Positions 1 to 12,315 of a DNA stretch of 64,000 nucleotides are shown one piece after another. A program made the translations under genes and the position numbers. How positions within the stretch are numbered: the stretch's first letter is position 1; each line of letters starts with the position of its first letter. The notes below the pieces were generated by a model. It was not told where the DNA came from and ran no database searches. It saw only the letters and a program-made list of their open reading frames with translations. Source of the DNA: Eledone cirrhosa (lineage: Eukaryota); assembly GCA_964016885.1 (NCBI GenBank), contig OZ024740.1, forward strand, positions 309,566,001-309,630,000, in the 5' to 3' direction.

Positions 1-722
1 TGATGTAGTGTGAATCCATTGTCTTCAATGGTATTCACAGAAGTTTCGAGAACATAAGTCATGCAAATGATGAAGATATAGGTTGTTAAAGTGTCAACTT
101 GTAGCACTCTTGCAATGATTTCAAAGAAATCTGTATCACCATCGTATGACTGAAAGTGTTTTTGTAGACCATCATAATCGCTTTTACTGTTTCATTTGGT
201 ATACCATAGGCTAGTAGTACTTCCTCCATTTTACCTCTCCGAATCGAATCTAATGCTTTGGAGAAATCAACAAATAACAGAACAGCATTTATAATCTTAG
301 CTTTCACACCCTCAAGAATTCTGCGAACGGTTACGATTTGCCCGTTAGTTGATCGCCTTTTCGAAAGCCATTTTGATACTTTCTCAATATTTTTTCGATT
401 TCCAGACGTAAGCGTTTAAGGAGCAAAGGGTTATTAAATTTTGCAGCTATTGCTATAAATGTTATTCCTCTGAAGATTTTGTCACATCAAATCTTTTGTA
501 CAATTCCTACACCTCCAATCGTGGAATTGATTGAATTCTCCCATGCTGAGGCTGAAACCATGGTCCATCTTTACCACAATGTTGATAGTTGAGATCAGGA
601 TGTTCATGATATATGTGATGCTTTTGAATACAGATAATATCAATGGTTTGAGGGGCTGCAAGTGATGCGTTCAGATAGATGATGTAAATTGCTGAGAGTT
701 CGAACATTAAAATTGCAAACAT
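1..722 (-). mobile_element. Degenerate non-LTR retrotransposon (RTE-like), endonuclease and RT remnants
   Basis: ORF 86..307 LLFVDFSKALDSIRRGKMEEVLLAYGIP is a LINE RT motif region; ORF 507..722 IDIICIQKH resembles the APE N-terminus; many frameshifts. Confidence 0.8.
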
Positions 723-1296
723 CGACTGCTTGTTTGCATTTAAGAAGATTTTGCGTTGACTCTGTAACTGTTATTTCAGACACCATATCAGGACCTCAGC
801 AGAACACGCTCCTTGCTTTCCCGCGCGACGAGCGATGCAGTATGAATCGGGAACTTCAGTCATAATGAATAATTCGCTATGTTATATTTTCTCTTTCATT
901 TTCATATTTTAGATAGCTTGCTATTCTTTTCAAACTTAAAGATTTTAAACATTGTAGATTAAAGTAAATTAATTTGTTGATTAAATTGTCCTTGGCACGC
1001 AGGCATTTTATGGAGATGGTTTCGTTATTAACTTTTTCACAATATAAGTTCGTTGAAATCTTCATAGGAGCATTATTAGGTTGTTCAGTTCTGTAACATT
1101 AACATCAATAGCTGCAATTATGCCTTTAAGAACAATGAAAGTCTTACCAGTTACCTTTAATTTTAGCTTTAGTAAATATTTGGAAGTGTGTCACGTTCAT
1201 TTATACTGGTTCCCATAGCCTTCAGCCATTCAATCATGATTTGATTGTTCTGATCAGTTAGTTCAGCTGGGTCGAAATCATCATTATTATTATTGT

Positions 1297-1482
1297 TTGG
1301 CGGTATCGGTAGAGGGTCGGACGCCATGCTTTGACGCATATAGTTACAGCCCTTGCCATTCTGAGTTCAAATCCCGCCGAGGTTAGCTTTGCCTTTCATC
1401 CTTACGGGGTCGATAAAATAAAGTACCAGTAATACACTGGGTAATTTGTTGGCTTTGGGCCAAATGTAGAAACAATTATTAT
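1297..1482 (+). mobile_element. tRNA-derived SINE with Deu/Nin-like core (first of many copies)
   Basis: A-box-like TGGCGGTATCGG, B-box GAGTTCAAATCCC, core GCCTTTCATCCTTACGGGGTCGATAAAATAAAGTACC, (ATT)n tail; further copies near 9590(-), 10760, 10890(-), 11700, 12920(-), 13323, in every array unit, and near 46020, 47131, 49370, 56840(-), 59790, 60230. Confidence 0.8.
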
Positions 1483-1642
1483 TGTTTTTGCCCCTTCAGT
1501 ATTGTTTCTGATATATGCCGAGTGTCTTCCTGACACCTAGGGCAAATAAATTCCCTGCATACATTGGTAAGCCAGTTAAGACACTACATTGATCATAATT
1601 TACAGCTTGTAAAATAAAAAATAAAAATATATACATACACAT

Positions 1643-1684
<42 letters not shown>

Positions 1685-1688
<4 letters not shown>

Positions 1689-2055
1689 CAAGTAAGTATG
1701 TTTTGAAACAGTGAGCAGGTTTGAAATTAGAAAATAGAATAGCTTTCACCGTATTTTTGACTAAAGAAATTTTAGCCTGATAATGGAGTTTAGAATCCTC
1801 AGATAAATGGAAAAAAAAGATGAGTATTGTCGTACATGGGAGTCGAACCCACATCTTTGGTTATCCAGACCACTGTGCTACCATTACACCAACACATCAC
1901 CCATCGCCTTCCATTCAAATTAGAGCTACATTCTTAGCGAGTATAAATGACAAGTAAGTATGTTTTGAAACAGTGAGCAGGTTTGAAATTAGAAAATAGA
2001 ATAGCTTTCACCGAATTTTTGACTAAAAGAAATTTTAGCCTGATAATGGGGTTTA
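1685..2055. repeat. ~108-bp direct repeat (1685-1792 and 1947-2055) flanking the tRNA-like sequence
   Basis: ATGACAAGTAAGTATGTTTTGAAACAGTGAGCAGG...GCCTGATAATGG occurs twice, period ~262. Confidence 0.9.
1828..1898 (-). ncRNA. tRNA-like Pol III sequence (pseudo-tRNA or SINE head, not Ala)
   Basis: GATGTGTTGGTGTAATGGTAGCACAGTGGTCTGGATAACCAAAGATGTGGGTTCGACTCCCATGTACGACA: D, anticodon and T stems pair, acceptor stem weak; T8 run about 10 nt downstream. Confidence 0.55.
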
Positions 2056-2061
2056 AAAAAA

Positions 2062-2120
<59 letters not shown>

Positions 2121-2600
2121 TAAAATAACAGATTAAAGTTTAAGCAAAGAATCACTGCTTTCACCCTTAACGGAATATTCTGAAACTCATATATATATAT
2201 ATTTTTATATATATATTTATCCTTTTCGAACCTCTTTGGATTTTAGTCTTCAAATTTATTATTATTACTATATATATATATATATACATATATATGCATA
2301 CATATACATACACACATATATATATATACATACACACATGCACACATACATATACACTCACACAAACATACACATACATACACACATATATATATCCACA
2401 CACATACGCACATACACACACAAACATACATACATTTATATATATATTTATACATATATATATACATACACACACAGATACAAATGCATACCCATACACA
2501 TATATACACATACATACACATACATATACATATATATAAATAAAAGATATCCATGCACGCACGCACATACATACATACATACATACAGACAGACAGACAG

Positions 2601-2638
<38 letters not shown>

Positions 2639-2677
2639 CCACATATCCACACATACATACAAGGAGGGATATCAATC

Positions 2678-3065
2678 TTACAGAGATAGTGCTCTTCTCA
2701 ATACGTGTGCAGTACCAGTCAAAACAATTTTTTGCACCTCTTGCAGAGAGGGCAAACCAGGAATCATTCGCAAATACTGTTCTGTCCCTTTCTTGATCAT
2801 TCCCAGTCCTCCCACAATCACTGGTATTGTAACGGCCTTGAGGTGCCACATTTTTTCGATTTCAATAAGCAGATCTTTATATTTTCTTAGCCTGTCAAAT
2901 TCTTTTGCTGCGATATTGTGATCACATGGGATGCTCATATCTATCAATAAACAGACCTTGCTATGTTGGCCTTTTACAATGATATCTGGTCCATTAGCTT
3001 TCATTGTCCGGTCAGTATGTACAGGAAAGTTCCAAAGAATTGTTATTTTTTCTCCTTCAGTTACA
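2678..3065 (-). mobile_element. 3' fragment of R4/Dong-like LINE (restriction-like endonuclease domain)
   Basis: GPDIIVK..CLLIDMSIPCDHNIAAKEFDRLRKYKDL..PVIVGGLG matches the PD-(D/E)xK RLE C-terminus. Confidence 0.8.
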
Positions 3066-3199
3066 GCCTCAGGGTGTCAATACGTATATGAATATCACTC
3101 CGTAAGTTTTAATTTTCAAGTGTTATATTGCACTCATTGTTATATTTTTGTTACAAACTGTTGATAAGGCGTCACACAATGCGACACATTACTCCATGT

Positions 3200-3556
3200 T
3201 AAGGCCTTGGGCCCAAATATTCGAATTTTGTTTCATAAAAAAAAATTGTTTACGTAAAAATACCCAACCAAAACATGGACGGAGCACGACCCAACGTTCA
3301 GCCAGCTTGTCACGGGACATCTGCTGGAAAGTTGAGCTGACTGACACCAACTCCAGCACCACCATGATGAAAATTAGCACTACCTTAGGCAATATTGCCA
3401 ACAACATCAACAACAACAGTAGCAGCACCAACAAGGCAATAAACCAGAGCAACAACGGAATTAATGACAACAATACCAACAACACAACTAACAAATATAA
3501 CAATATAGTGAGTAACGACAGCACAAGAGGCAGCAGCAACAACAATAACAACAACG

Positions 3557-3641
<85 letters not shown>

Positions 3642-3900
3642 CGATGATAATAGCACCAACAACAACGAAGAGAAAAAAGATTCGACGAGCCGAAGTTTAC
3701 CACCAGCAACAACAACAACAACGTGAATGGGCCTACTCTGAGCATGCACCTGTATGCTGGCTGATTTGAAGAAGAGTGGGGTGCCGTCCACGGGTGCCGT
3801 CCACGGGAGCTCTCGAAATGTTTCATTGTTGTAATACTTTTGTTTATCGTTTTATATATTGTCCTCTATATGTAAGCCCTTGTGGTCAATAAAGAAATAC
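3200..3900 (+). mobile_element. Internally deleted derivative of the L1/Tx1 family (5' end plus 3' end only)
   Basis: 3204-3350 resembles the reverse complement of 45690-45815; 3722-3900 resembles the reverse complement of parts of 40190-40505 (GGGCCTACTCTG, CCCTTGTGG-CAATAAA-GAAAT); ATT-rich tail. Confidence 0.7.
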
Positions 3901-3949
3901 TTATCATTATTATCATTATATGCAGTTTGCACAGCATTTGTATTGCTAA

Positions 3950-5126
3950 TTCTGCCGTCTTTTCCCCATGAATATCAAACCATTGCACGCGTCTTCAGAT
4001 ATTCAGCAAATATTTCTCATTATATCTGTATTAATAAGGCATGCTTTCTTTAGCTTTTCAAATTTCTTTTCCTAATACGATCGTAGAGAGTCACTCAGGG
4101 ACATTTTTGGGCAGTGTAATCTAGTAATTCCATTATAATATGCATTTCTTGTTCCTATTCTACAGCTTCATATCCTCCATAGTTTCCACTTTATCTATAA
4201 TCTGCTTTTTTTATCTTTTGACAACAATTTCTAGAGAATTACCATTTATCTCACGGTTGTTTAGTATTGGCATATCCCAGAGTGCGTTTGTTTTGTCAAT
4301 CCCTGAAATCCGTTTTGGTGCAAGAATGATAGCATGAATGATAGCACTGTATATAAGTCCCAACTCTTTCATCTTTGCTTTGGCTTAGACTGGACAGATA
4401 GGGGCAATGTGGTTAATTGCTTCTTTAACAATTCCCAATTTTACTTTATTATGTACTATTGGACATTTTCGGTGGGGAGATTTTGCTCAATAATCTTTGT
4501 GTATCATCTGTGTGTGTTGCGTTTTTCTCGGTTTTGGTTGCGGATTATACTTGTCTAATTGAACTCCGTTCAACCCTTTTCAATTCTTGCACACGTTTCA
4601 TATCATGAATCTTGTTTTCCTTCTTCTGAATGACTCTCACAAATACTGCATCAACATCTAACCAGGAATCCAAATCTGATCTTCCCACTGTGCCCCAAAG
4701 AAAGCTGTGTCTTCAGATAGGTCATCCTTGTGTTCAAGAGCGTCCTGGCTTGCAGTGTTAAATATTTCCTCGAGATCATCTTTTAAAATTACTTGTTTTA
4801 CAATTACTTTGTCAGTCATCCTTGACTTTTCTTTTTTCCGTCCTTGATACTCCATATACAATTTCTCGATTGCAGTGCTGATGTTGTTTTCCGGTTTGGT
4901 ATGGGTATTTGCTTTTCTCCACACTTCCCGGATCTCCTTGCTATTGTTTTTTTACGGCAACTGAAATTGACCCGCCGAATTTGATGTGATGGTAGAGAAA
5001 ACACAAGAGGACTTGTTGTTTGAAGGGGAGTCGAGTCTGAGGTAACTCCACCTCCGGCTTTTTCTCAAGCAGCCAAATAGCCTTTCTGGTTTCCATTTTC
5101 TTATTCTCTGTGAAATATGAAAACAA
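3950..5126 (-). mobile_element. Degenerate DNA transposase N-terminal remnant (possibly Sola2-like)
   Basis: Frameshifted pieces RLPFKQQVLLCFLYHH and WRKANTHT..IEKLYMEYQ..K.KSR..LEEIFNTASQDALE resemble invertebrate DDE transposase N-termini; family call from recall only. Confidence 0.45.
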
Positions 5127-5759
5127 AAATCAATCAATCAATTTTATTTTAACTATTCTTTGGGTTCTTATATTTCTGGAACACATTCCAGGCTAGGAAA
5201 ACCAAAAGAGAAGAAAATTATTTTGTGACTTCATGACAACGAATGGAACTTGACGAAAACAGCTTGTATATAACTCCCCAACAAAACCAGCACTAAACCA
5301 ACAATGTAATGAACCTTGCATTAGAACCTTATTTTTAACTCATTATCGTGCTGAATTATCAAAACAATTATCGATAAACTCATCTCACGAACATTGAAAA
5401 CAAATCACCAATGTACAGTTATTTCTACATTCGTAGAATGTTCGGTTTTTCTTTTCATTTAGGATCCAATAAGCGGTAGAAATGTCTGCTGTATTTACAC
5501 AGTCCTAAACGTATAAAACATGCAGCTTGACTACAATCAACAAGTATTGAAGTAAATGTTTCCATAGTTTTGGCATAGCATTCAAAAAGCACCAAACTGT
5601 GCAACCTTAAATATATTCGTATCTCCTTAGATTTTCGCCTGTGTAGCTTTTATGTCAAATGAATGCAGAACGCAATTGACATGAGGTTATTTCAACCAAG
5701 ATATGTTCCCTATATGAAACTCCCTGGTGTGTATGTACACTATATATAGTGAGCTCCCC

Positions 5760-5822
5760 AAAATGTTTACACACGTCAACCAACAGCATTTTAATATAAG
5801 TGTGTATACATTTTCGGGACAC

Positions 5823-5828
<6 letters not shown>
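5760..5828. mobile_element. Tc1/mariner-like terminal inverted repeat end
   Basis: Reverse complement reads TA|CAGAGTGTCCCGAAAATGTATACACAC, a mariner-like TIR abutting (TA)n; partner TIR not seen. Confidence 0.4.
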
Positions 5829-5864
<36 letters not shown>

Positions 5865-5867
<3 letters not shown>

Positions 5868-6064
5868 GTGGTTACACAACAGTTAGTTCACCATACCGAG
5901 AATAATTGTTTCACCTTAGCGGATCTTCAGCTCGGAATCAGATGCGCTAAGGTGAAACAATTGTTCTCGTTATGGCGAACTAACTGTTGTGTAACCACTT
6001 CTACCGAGCTCGTCCCTTGGACTGAGTGCTCCACCACTACGGATATTACCTTCCAGTGTTCCAC

Positions 6065-6067
<3 letters not shown>
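5865..6067 (+). repeat. Palindromic ~200-bp element in (TA)n (copy 1)
   Basis: ~60-bp arms GAAGTGGTTACACAACAG...GCGGATC and its reverse complement, plus a ~65-bp tail; second copy at 50314-50530. Confidence 0.8.
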
Positions 6068-6133
<66 letters not shown>

Positions 6134-7155
6134 CGTAAATATATATATATATATACATATATTGGAATTACATATATGTCAAACAGAAATGGAAAGTCGT
6201 TAAACATATTGATTTTATACGCTATCCTCTATATGGGATCGATTATACTAGATATGATGATTCAATAATCGTTATTAACGATTAATAATTAATAATATCT
6301 ATTGCTTTTCATTTGTGTCACGCAATGTTGTTTTCTATCATGTATTTTGCGTAGTAGAGACATAAATCAAATAAATGTATTTTGCTCTTTTAATTCTGAA
6401 TTGACCAGCCCGAGTATGACACTATCATATAATATCCTAATTTTTTATATTATTGAGACTGGAATAGAGAATATTTCAATGAAGAATTATTTTAATCATT
6501 ATTCCGCTTCTTCTCCTCTATTCAGTCTACCTGCGATAACATGAATTACCAGAAATATTGACAACATCTCCCTCATGTAATAACCTACTCTTATAAAATA
6601 TAGAGTTACACGATTGAAAGTGTAGTCTTAATTTCCGCCGAGAAATGTGCTTTCGAGATGGTTTGAATGAATTAGATCTTAGCTTTCAACATCAACCAGT
6701 AATTGTTTCTATCTACTCTACCGAAAAGATATACTAACGAAATAGCTTCAATTAAATACAGGAAATACATAGATTTCTTCAATAAATTGTAAACTTTTCA
6801 CAAGTTATACAACAAAATCGATGTATGCAAAGCAGTAAATGTAAACGCACACCCACACACACGCACACACGGGCGCGCACACACACACATACACACACAC
6901 GCACTGAGACAGACACACACACCCATATTTATATTTATAGAGGTAACGTGTGTTCCATTAGCTTTCCATATTGCTTTGTCGAAGAAGACAATATTTTTGG
7001 CAAATAATATATCAGAATATTATTGAATGAAAAGATTCATTCCCAGAAGGAAATACGTAAATTAGATCCTGCTTGGTTATAATAACTAAAATAATTTTAT
7101 CACACAAAGAACACTAACATTGAAACTCTCACATACCAGATGAACACACGCATAA

Positions 7156-7263
<108 letters not shown>

Positions 7264-7453
7264 ATGTGTGTGTGTGTGTATTATTTATTCTTACTCTCTC
7301 ACTCACTCACTCTCTCTCCCTTTCTCTAACTCTATGCATCTATCTTTCTATCTATATATATATACAAATATATATATATGTATGTATATTTACGTATGTG
7401 TGTGAATGTTTGTATGTGTATGTATAGTTGAGTATTTATGTATATGTATATGT

Positions 7454-7489
<36 letters not shown>

Positions 7490-7663
7490 ACATATATATA
7501 TTGTAATTCTCTCTCTATATATATATGTATATATATATTTTACTTATACATCCTCACATATACATACAAACATTCACACACATATATACATGTACATACA
7601 CACATATATACACATATATATATATACTTATATATAGATAGAAAGATAGATGCATAGAGTTAC

Positions 7664-7755
<92 letters not shown>

Positions 7756-7986
7756 ACAATAAGAAGAAAGTGTAGTATAGATTGAAATAACACAGGCCTA
7801 ATTCCCATTTGTCCATTCGATATGCACTGTGCACGTAACACGCAATCGAAAATAACTAGTGGAGATTTATGTTATGAAAAGAAGTAAATGTATAACCCAA
7901 TAATACTTTCATCAAATAGATTAAACAAGCATGTACACCTGCTAACGCAACCACACGTATGTAATTTTACACACACACATAGAAAC

Positions 7987-8077
<91 letters not shown>

Positions 8078-8079
8078 AG

Positions 8080-8700
8080 CATGTGTACACCGGACATGCA
8101 TTGAATCAGATCTATTTGCTGGTATCCAATGGACAGAAAAGAGCATGATGCTGCTGAACGAGGAAAGATTTGAATTAATCCACTTTGGAAAAGAAGATGT
8201 ACGGAAACTCTCATATTCCCTTCCTTCAGGTGAAACTCTCGTGGCATCCAACAATATTAGAGACTTGGGAATAATTGTCGATAACACCATAAGTTGGCTC
8301 ACTCATATAAACAGCAAAGTTGACATGACCCGCAGAATGTGTTCCTGATTCTCAGAACCTTCTAGTCAAGACATATCTACACCATTATCCTTCTCTTCTC
8401 TGATTTTTCCCGACCCCACCTTGAATACGGTTGTCCACTGTGGTTTCCCCACATGAAACAAAGTATTATGTTAAATTGAAGCACCTCAAAGGTCAATCAC
8501 AAACATGACAAGATGTCAGGCCTTGACTATTGGGGTCGACTAGAAAAGCTCAAACCTTATTCTCTCCAACGCCGCCGAGATCGCTACATTATCTGCAATA
8601 TGTAGAAAATATTTTACCAGCATTGCCCAAATGATGTTGGCAAATTCTTTAAAGTACAGCTAAGGCTTGGGCCTTATGCTATCCGCCCACAACAAACATT
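8080..8700 (+). mobile_element. CR1/L2-like LINE RT C-terminal fragment
   Basis: LLNEERFELIHFGK..IRDLGIIVDNTISW..HI, then RPHLEYGCPLW; stops and frameshifts. Confidence 0.8.
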
Positions 8701-8783
8701 TCTATATATATAGATAGATACATTGGCAAAGAAAATCGGATAGCAAGTAAAAGAACTTACATAAAGACGGGAAAGTTCCTGCT

Positions 8784-8840
8784 ATTTATATACAGCTGTT
8801 TCAGAGAAGAAGAAGAGAACCACCCCTCGTCATTAGAAAT
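8784..8840 (-). ncRNA. Degenerate type I hammerhead ribozyme motif
   Basis: ATTTCTA-ATGACGA-GGGG..CTCT-GAAA-CAGCTG-TA-TATAAAT; core C3 changed to A. Confidence 0.5.
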
Positions 8841-9799
8841 TGGTCTTACTAAATGCATTAGAAACGACTAGTTATCATAAATTCAAAAGAGAATATGAAG
8901 ACACAAGGTAAGGACGTTATAATATAAGGATACAAGCAGGCCAACAGGATTGCTAGAAGTAGCAGCTCGTTTGGTCTAAAATGAAACAGCTCTGCTAATA
9001 TTTAATGTTAGGAGCAGATGTAGATATATTAATATTTTGATTAATACGTAACATATTGTCTGACAAATCCACAGGTCAACCGTTAGAACAATGTCAGTTC
9101 TACTAATTTAAAATACAATAATTCAAGGTTAAGAAATTATAAAAAAAAATGTATCCAAATGTATCTTTTATCACCGTTATGTAAGTTCATTCACTTACTT
9201 TCATATCTTCTTGTCATTGCACCTATATCAGTGTACATATAGGCATGCTATTTGGGTACATTTAATCCGTTTTCTATTTATTTTCATTTTTAGTTTTCAT
9301 GGTATATTTGTATTTTTATAATTATTTATTTATTTGTTTATATAGGTGTGAGTATAAATACATCTGTAATCAATCAACCAATTAATTAATTAACTGGTGT
9401 GCATGTATGTATGCTTATATATAGATATAAGCATGTGTGTGTATATATCTATATATATCTATACACACACACACACATATATATAGAGAGATTTGATTTA
9501 TTTACTATAAATATGGGGTAAGGCCGTTATCAGATAGACTGATAAGTAGAACAATAAATAGGTATGAAAATATAATAAAGATAATAATTGTTTCTACTTT
9601 TTAGGCACAAGGCCAGCAATTACCCAGTACTTTATTTTATCGACCCCGTAAGGATGAAAGGCAAAGTTAACCTCGGCGGGATTTGAACTCAGACTGTAAA
9701 GGGACGTAACTGGGCTAGAAAGCATTAATAATTATCACAATATATGATATAAAACTTTAAGACATTGAATGTTATCCACCTAAAAAATAAGCGCATTGC

Positions 9800-9872
9800 T
9801 GGAGAATCCGGGCATCGATCCCGGTACCTCTCGCATGCTAAGCGAGCGCTCTACCATCTGAGCTAATTCCCC
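9800..9872 (-). tRNA. trnA-AGC: tRNA-Ala(AGC), intact
   Basis: GGGGAATTAGCTCAGATGGTAGAGCGCTCGCTTAGCATGCGAGAGGTACCGGGATCGATGCCCGGATTCTCCA; G3:U70, A73, downstream T6 terminator. Confidence 0.95.
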
Positions 9873-10187
9873 TTACTTGTTATTTTGAATTTTCAGCAGC
9901 AATTTAGATGAACGAGCTTTTATCTCACTCTGTCCCTCTCCCACTATGAGTGTGTGTGTATGTGTATGTTTGTCCTCGGCCACATATTAAGTCTGGTTGT
10001 CAGTTTTGTTGCAGACCAACTAAGATATAAGAAACTCTATCAGGTAGAAGGCTAACATAACATATATTTATATTTGATTTACTATACATATGGGGTAAGG
10101 CTGTTATAAAATAGACAGATAAATAGAACAAAGGAAAGGTATGAAAATATAATAAAGATGATATTTATCACAAGATATGATATAAAT

Positions 10188-10423
10188 GATATAATGTCAA
10201 CTTATGGACTGGGCCTGATCGCTGCTCATTAAACTCTGCTGCTGGTGTTCAAACTCTGTGGAGAAGAATATCTCACGTCGATGCGCAGTCTGCAACTGGA
10301 GGATTTAGCGTCACAAGATGATATAAAACTTTAAAACATTGAGTTACAGTTTTATATCATCTTCTGACGCTAACATCCGCCAGTTGCAGACTGCGCATCA
10401 ACATGAGATATTACGTCTCCACA
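10188..10423 (+). mobile_element. RTE 3'-end fragment with inverted duplication
   Basis: 10188-10320 resembles 59125-59235; arms 10257-10330 and 10348-10423 are inverted copies. Confidence 0.65.
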
Positions 10424-10469
10424 AAGAGAGAGTTACCCACCTAAAAAAAAAAAAAAGGGGGCCTTTTAT

Positions 10470-10525
10470 TGGAGGAATCGGACATCGATTCCGGTAAAAC
10501 TCGCTTGCCATCTGAGCTAATCCCC
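10470..10525 (-). pseudogene. tRNA-Ala pseudogene, internally deleted
   Basis: ATTAGCTCAGATGG and CCGGAATCGATGTCCG retained; part of the D/anticodon region lost. Confidence 0.75.
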
Positions 10526-10628
10526 GCGCTCGTTATTTGGAATTCTCCTTGCTGATAACTTTCTTTCCTTTCATTCATTATAGTAGTAATAGTAGTAGTA
10601 GTAGTAGTGGTGGTGGTGGTCTTCTTCT

Positions 10629-10660
<32 letters not shown>

Positions 10661-10988
10661 TTCTTCTTCTTCTTCTTCTTCTTCTTCTTCTTCTTCTTCT
10701 TCTTCTTCTTCTTCTTCTTCTTCTTCTTCTTCTTCTTCTTCTTCTTCTAAGGGTGGTGTATAGGCAGTATTGTAAAGCGTCCGACAATATGCTTTACGAC
10801 ATAGAGTTACGGCCCTTTACGTTCTACATTGAAAACCCGCCGAGGTTAGCTTTGTCTTATTACTGCTACTTTATTATAAGACAGAGCTAAGCCCGGCGGG
10901 ATTTCAATTCAGAAAGTAAAGGACCGTAACTCTATGCCGTAATGAATATTGTCCGACGCTTTATTGTACTGCCAATACACCACCATTA

Positions 10989-11019
<31 letters not shown>

Positions 11020-11333
11020 AAGAAGAAGAAGAAGAAGAAGAAGAAGAAGAAGAAGAAGAAGAAGAAGATCGATACCATACCTATCACTAGTTCTACTTAT
11101 CAATGGCCTTACCCCATATGTATAGTAAATAGATCAGATGTAAATATCTGTTATGTCAGCCTTCTGCTCAATACAGATATTTATATTTGATTCACTATAC
11201 ATATGGGGTAAGGCCGTTATAAAATAGACTGATAAAACAAATGATAGGTATGATAATATAATAAAGATGATAATTATCACAAGATATGATATAAAACTTT
11301 AAAACGTTGGATGTTACCCACCTAGTCCCTTAC

Positions 11334-11406
11334 TGGAAAATCCGGGCATCGATCCCGGTACCTCTCACATGCTAAGCGAGCGCTCTACCAACTGAGCTAA
11401 TTCCCC
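11334..11406 (-). tRNA. trnA-AGC: tRNA-Ala(AGC) variant
   Basis: Full 73-nt cloverleaf, G4:U69, D-loop AGTTGG; proximal T-run terminator deleted. Confidence 0.8.
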
Positions 11407-11474
11407 TTGCTTGTTATTTGGAATGGTTCTTTCTGATAACTTTCTTTTCCTCTCATTCATTATAGGAATATTTA

Positions 11475-11517
<43 letters not shown>

Positions 11518-11522
11518 ATTGT

Positions 11523-11554
<32 letters not shown>

Positions 11555-11928
11555 TTGTTGTTGTTGTTGTTGTTGTTGTTCTTCTTCTTCTTCTTCTTCT
11601 TCTTCTTCTTCTTCTTCTTCTTCTTCTTCTTCTTCTTCTTCTTCTTCTTCTTCTTCTTCTTCTTCTTCTTCTTCTTCTTCTTCTTCTTCTTCTTCTTCTT
11701 GTGGCAGTATGGTATAACGTCGGACAATATACTTTACGACATAGAGTTACGGCCCTTTTCCTTCTACATTGAAAACCCGCCGAGGTTAGCTTTGTCTTTC
11801 ATCGTTACGTGGTTGATATAATATAGTAGCAGTAATGTACTGGGGTTGATTTAATCGACTTTCCCCTCCCCCTAAATTGCTGGCCTTGTGCCTAAATGAT
11901 AAAAATAATAATATTATTATTTTCTGCT

Positions 11929-11986
<58 letters not shown>

Positions 11987-12242
11987 TGTGTGTATATGTA
12001 TCTGTATGTTTGCATAAAAACCTAAGTGTAGAAATATGTATGCAAATATAAGCGTATAAGGCGAGTAGCAAAATTTTCAGCAGCAATTTAGATGAGCCGG
12101 CTTATATCTCACTCTGTCCCTCTCTCACTGTATGTGTATGTCCTCAGCCACATATTAAGTCAACAACTAGATAGATTTAAAAATAAAGGAATGACAGGAA
12201 AATGAATTTATAATAAAGAAACCATTACCAAAACCAAGCAGC

Positions 12243-12315
12243 GTGGAATTAGCTCGGATGGTAGAGCGCTCGGTTAGCATGCGAGAGGTAGCGGGATCGT
12301 TGCCCGAATTCTCCA
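12243..12315 (+). tRNA. tRNA-Ala(AGC) variant, probable pseudogene (array position B)
   Basis: GTGGAATTAGCTCGGATGG..CTCGGTTAGCATGCGAG..GCGGGATCGTTGCCCGAATTCTCCA; mismatches in acceptor, anticodon and T stems. Confidence 0.7.

Noticed and set aside
877-1160. Possible host exon on the minus strand
   Set aside because: Short, AT-rich, no recognisable domain
2167-2849. [12 protein letters not shown] and poly-L/K/Q/N ORFs here and throughout the window
   Set aside because: Translations of (TA)n, (CA)n, (CTT)n and (GTT)n microsatellites
6499-6576. Short hydrophobic minus-strand ORF (MREMLSIFLVIHVIAG)
   Set aside because: Too short to tell from chance
11365-11727. Recurrent MSDVIPYCH-K(n)-N(n)-GELAQMVERSLSM ORFs
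   Set aside because: Read-through of SINE, microsatellite and tRNA; length varies with the repeat
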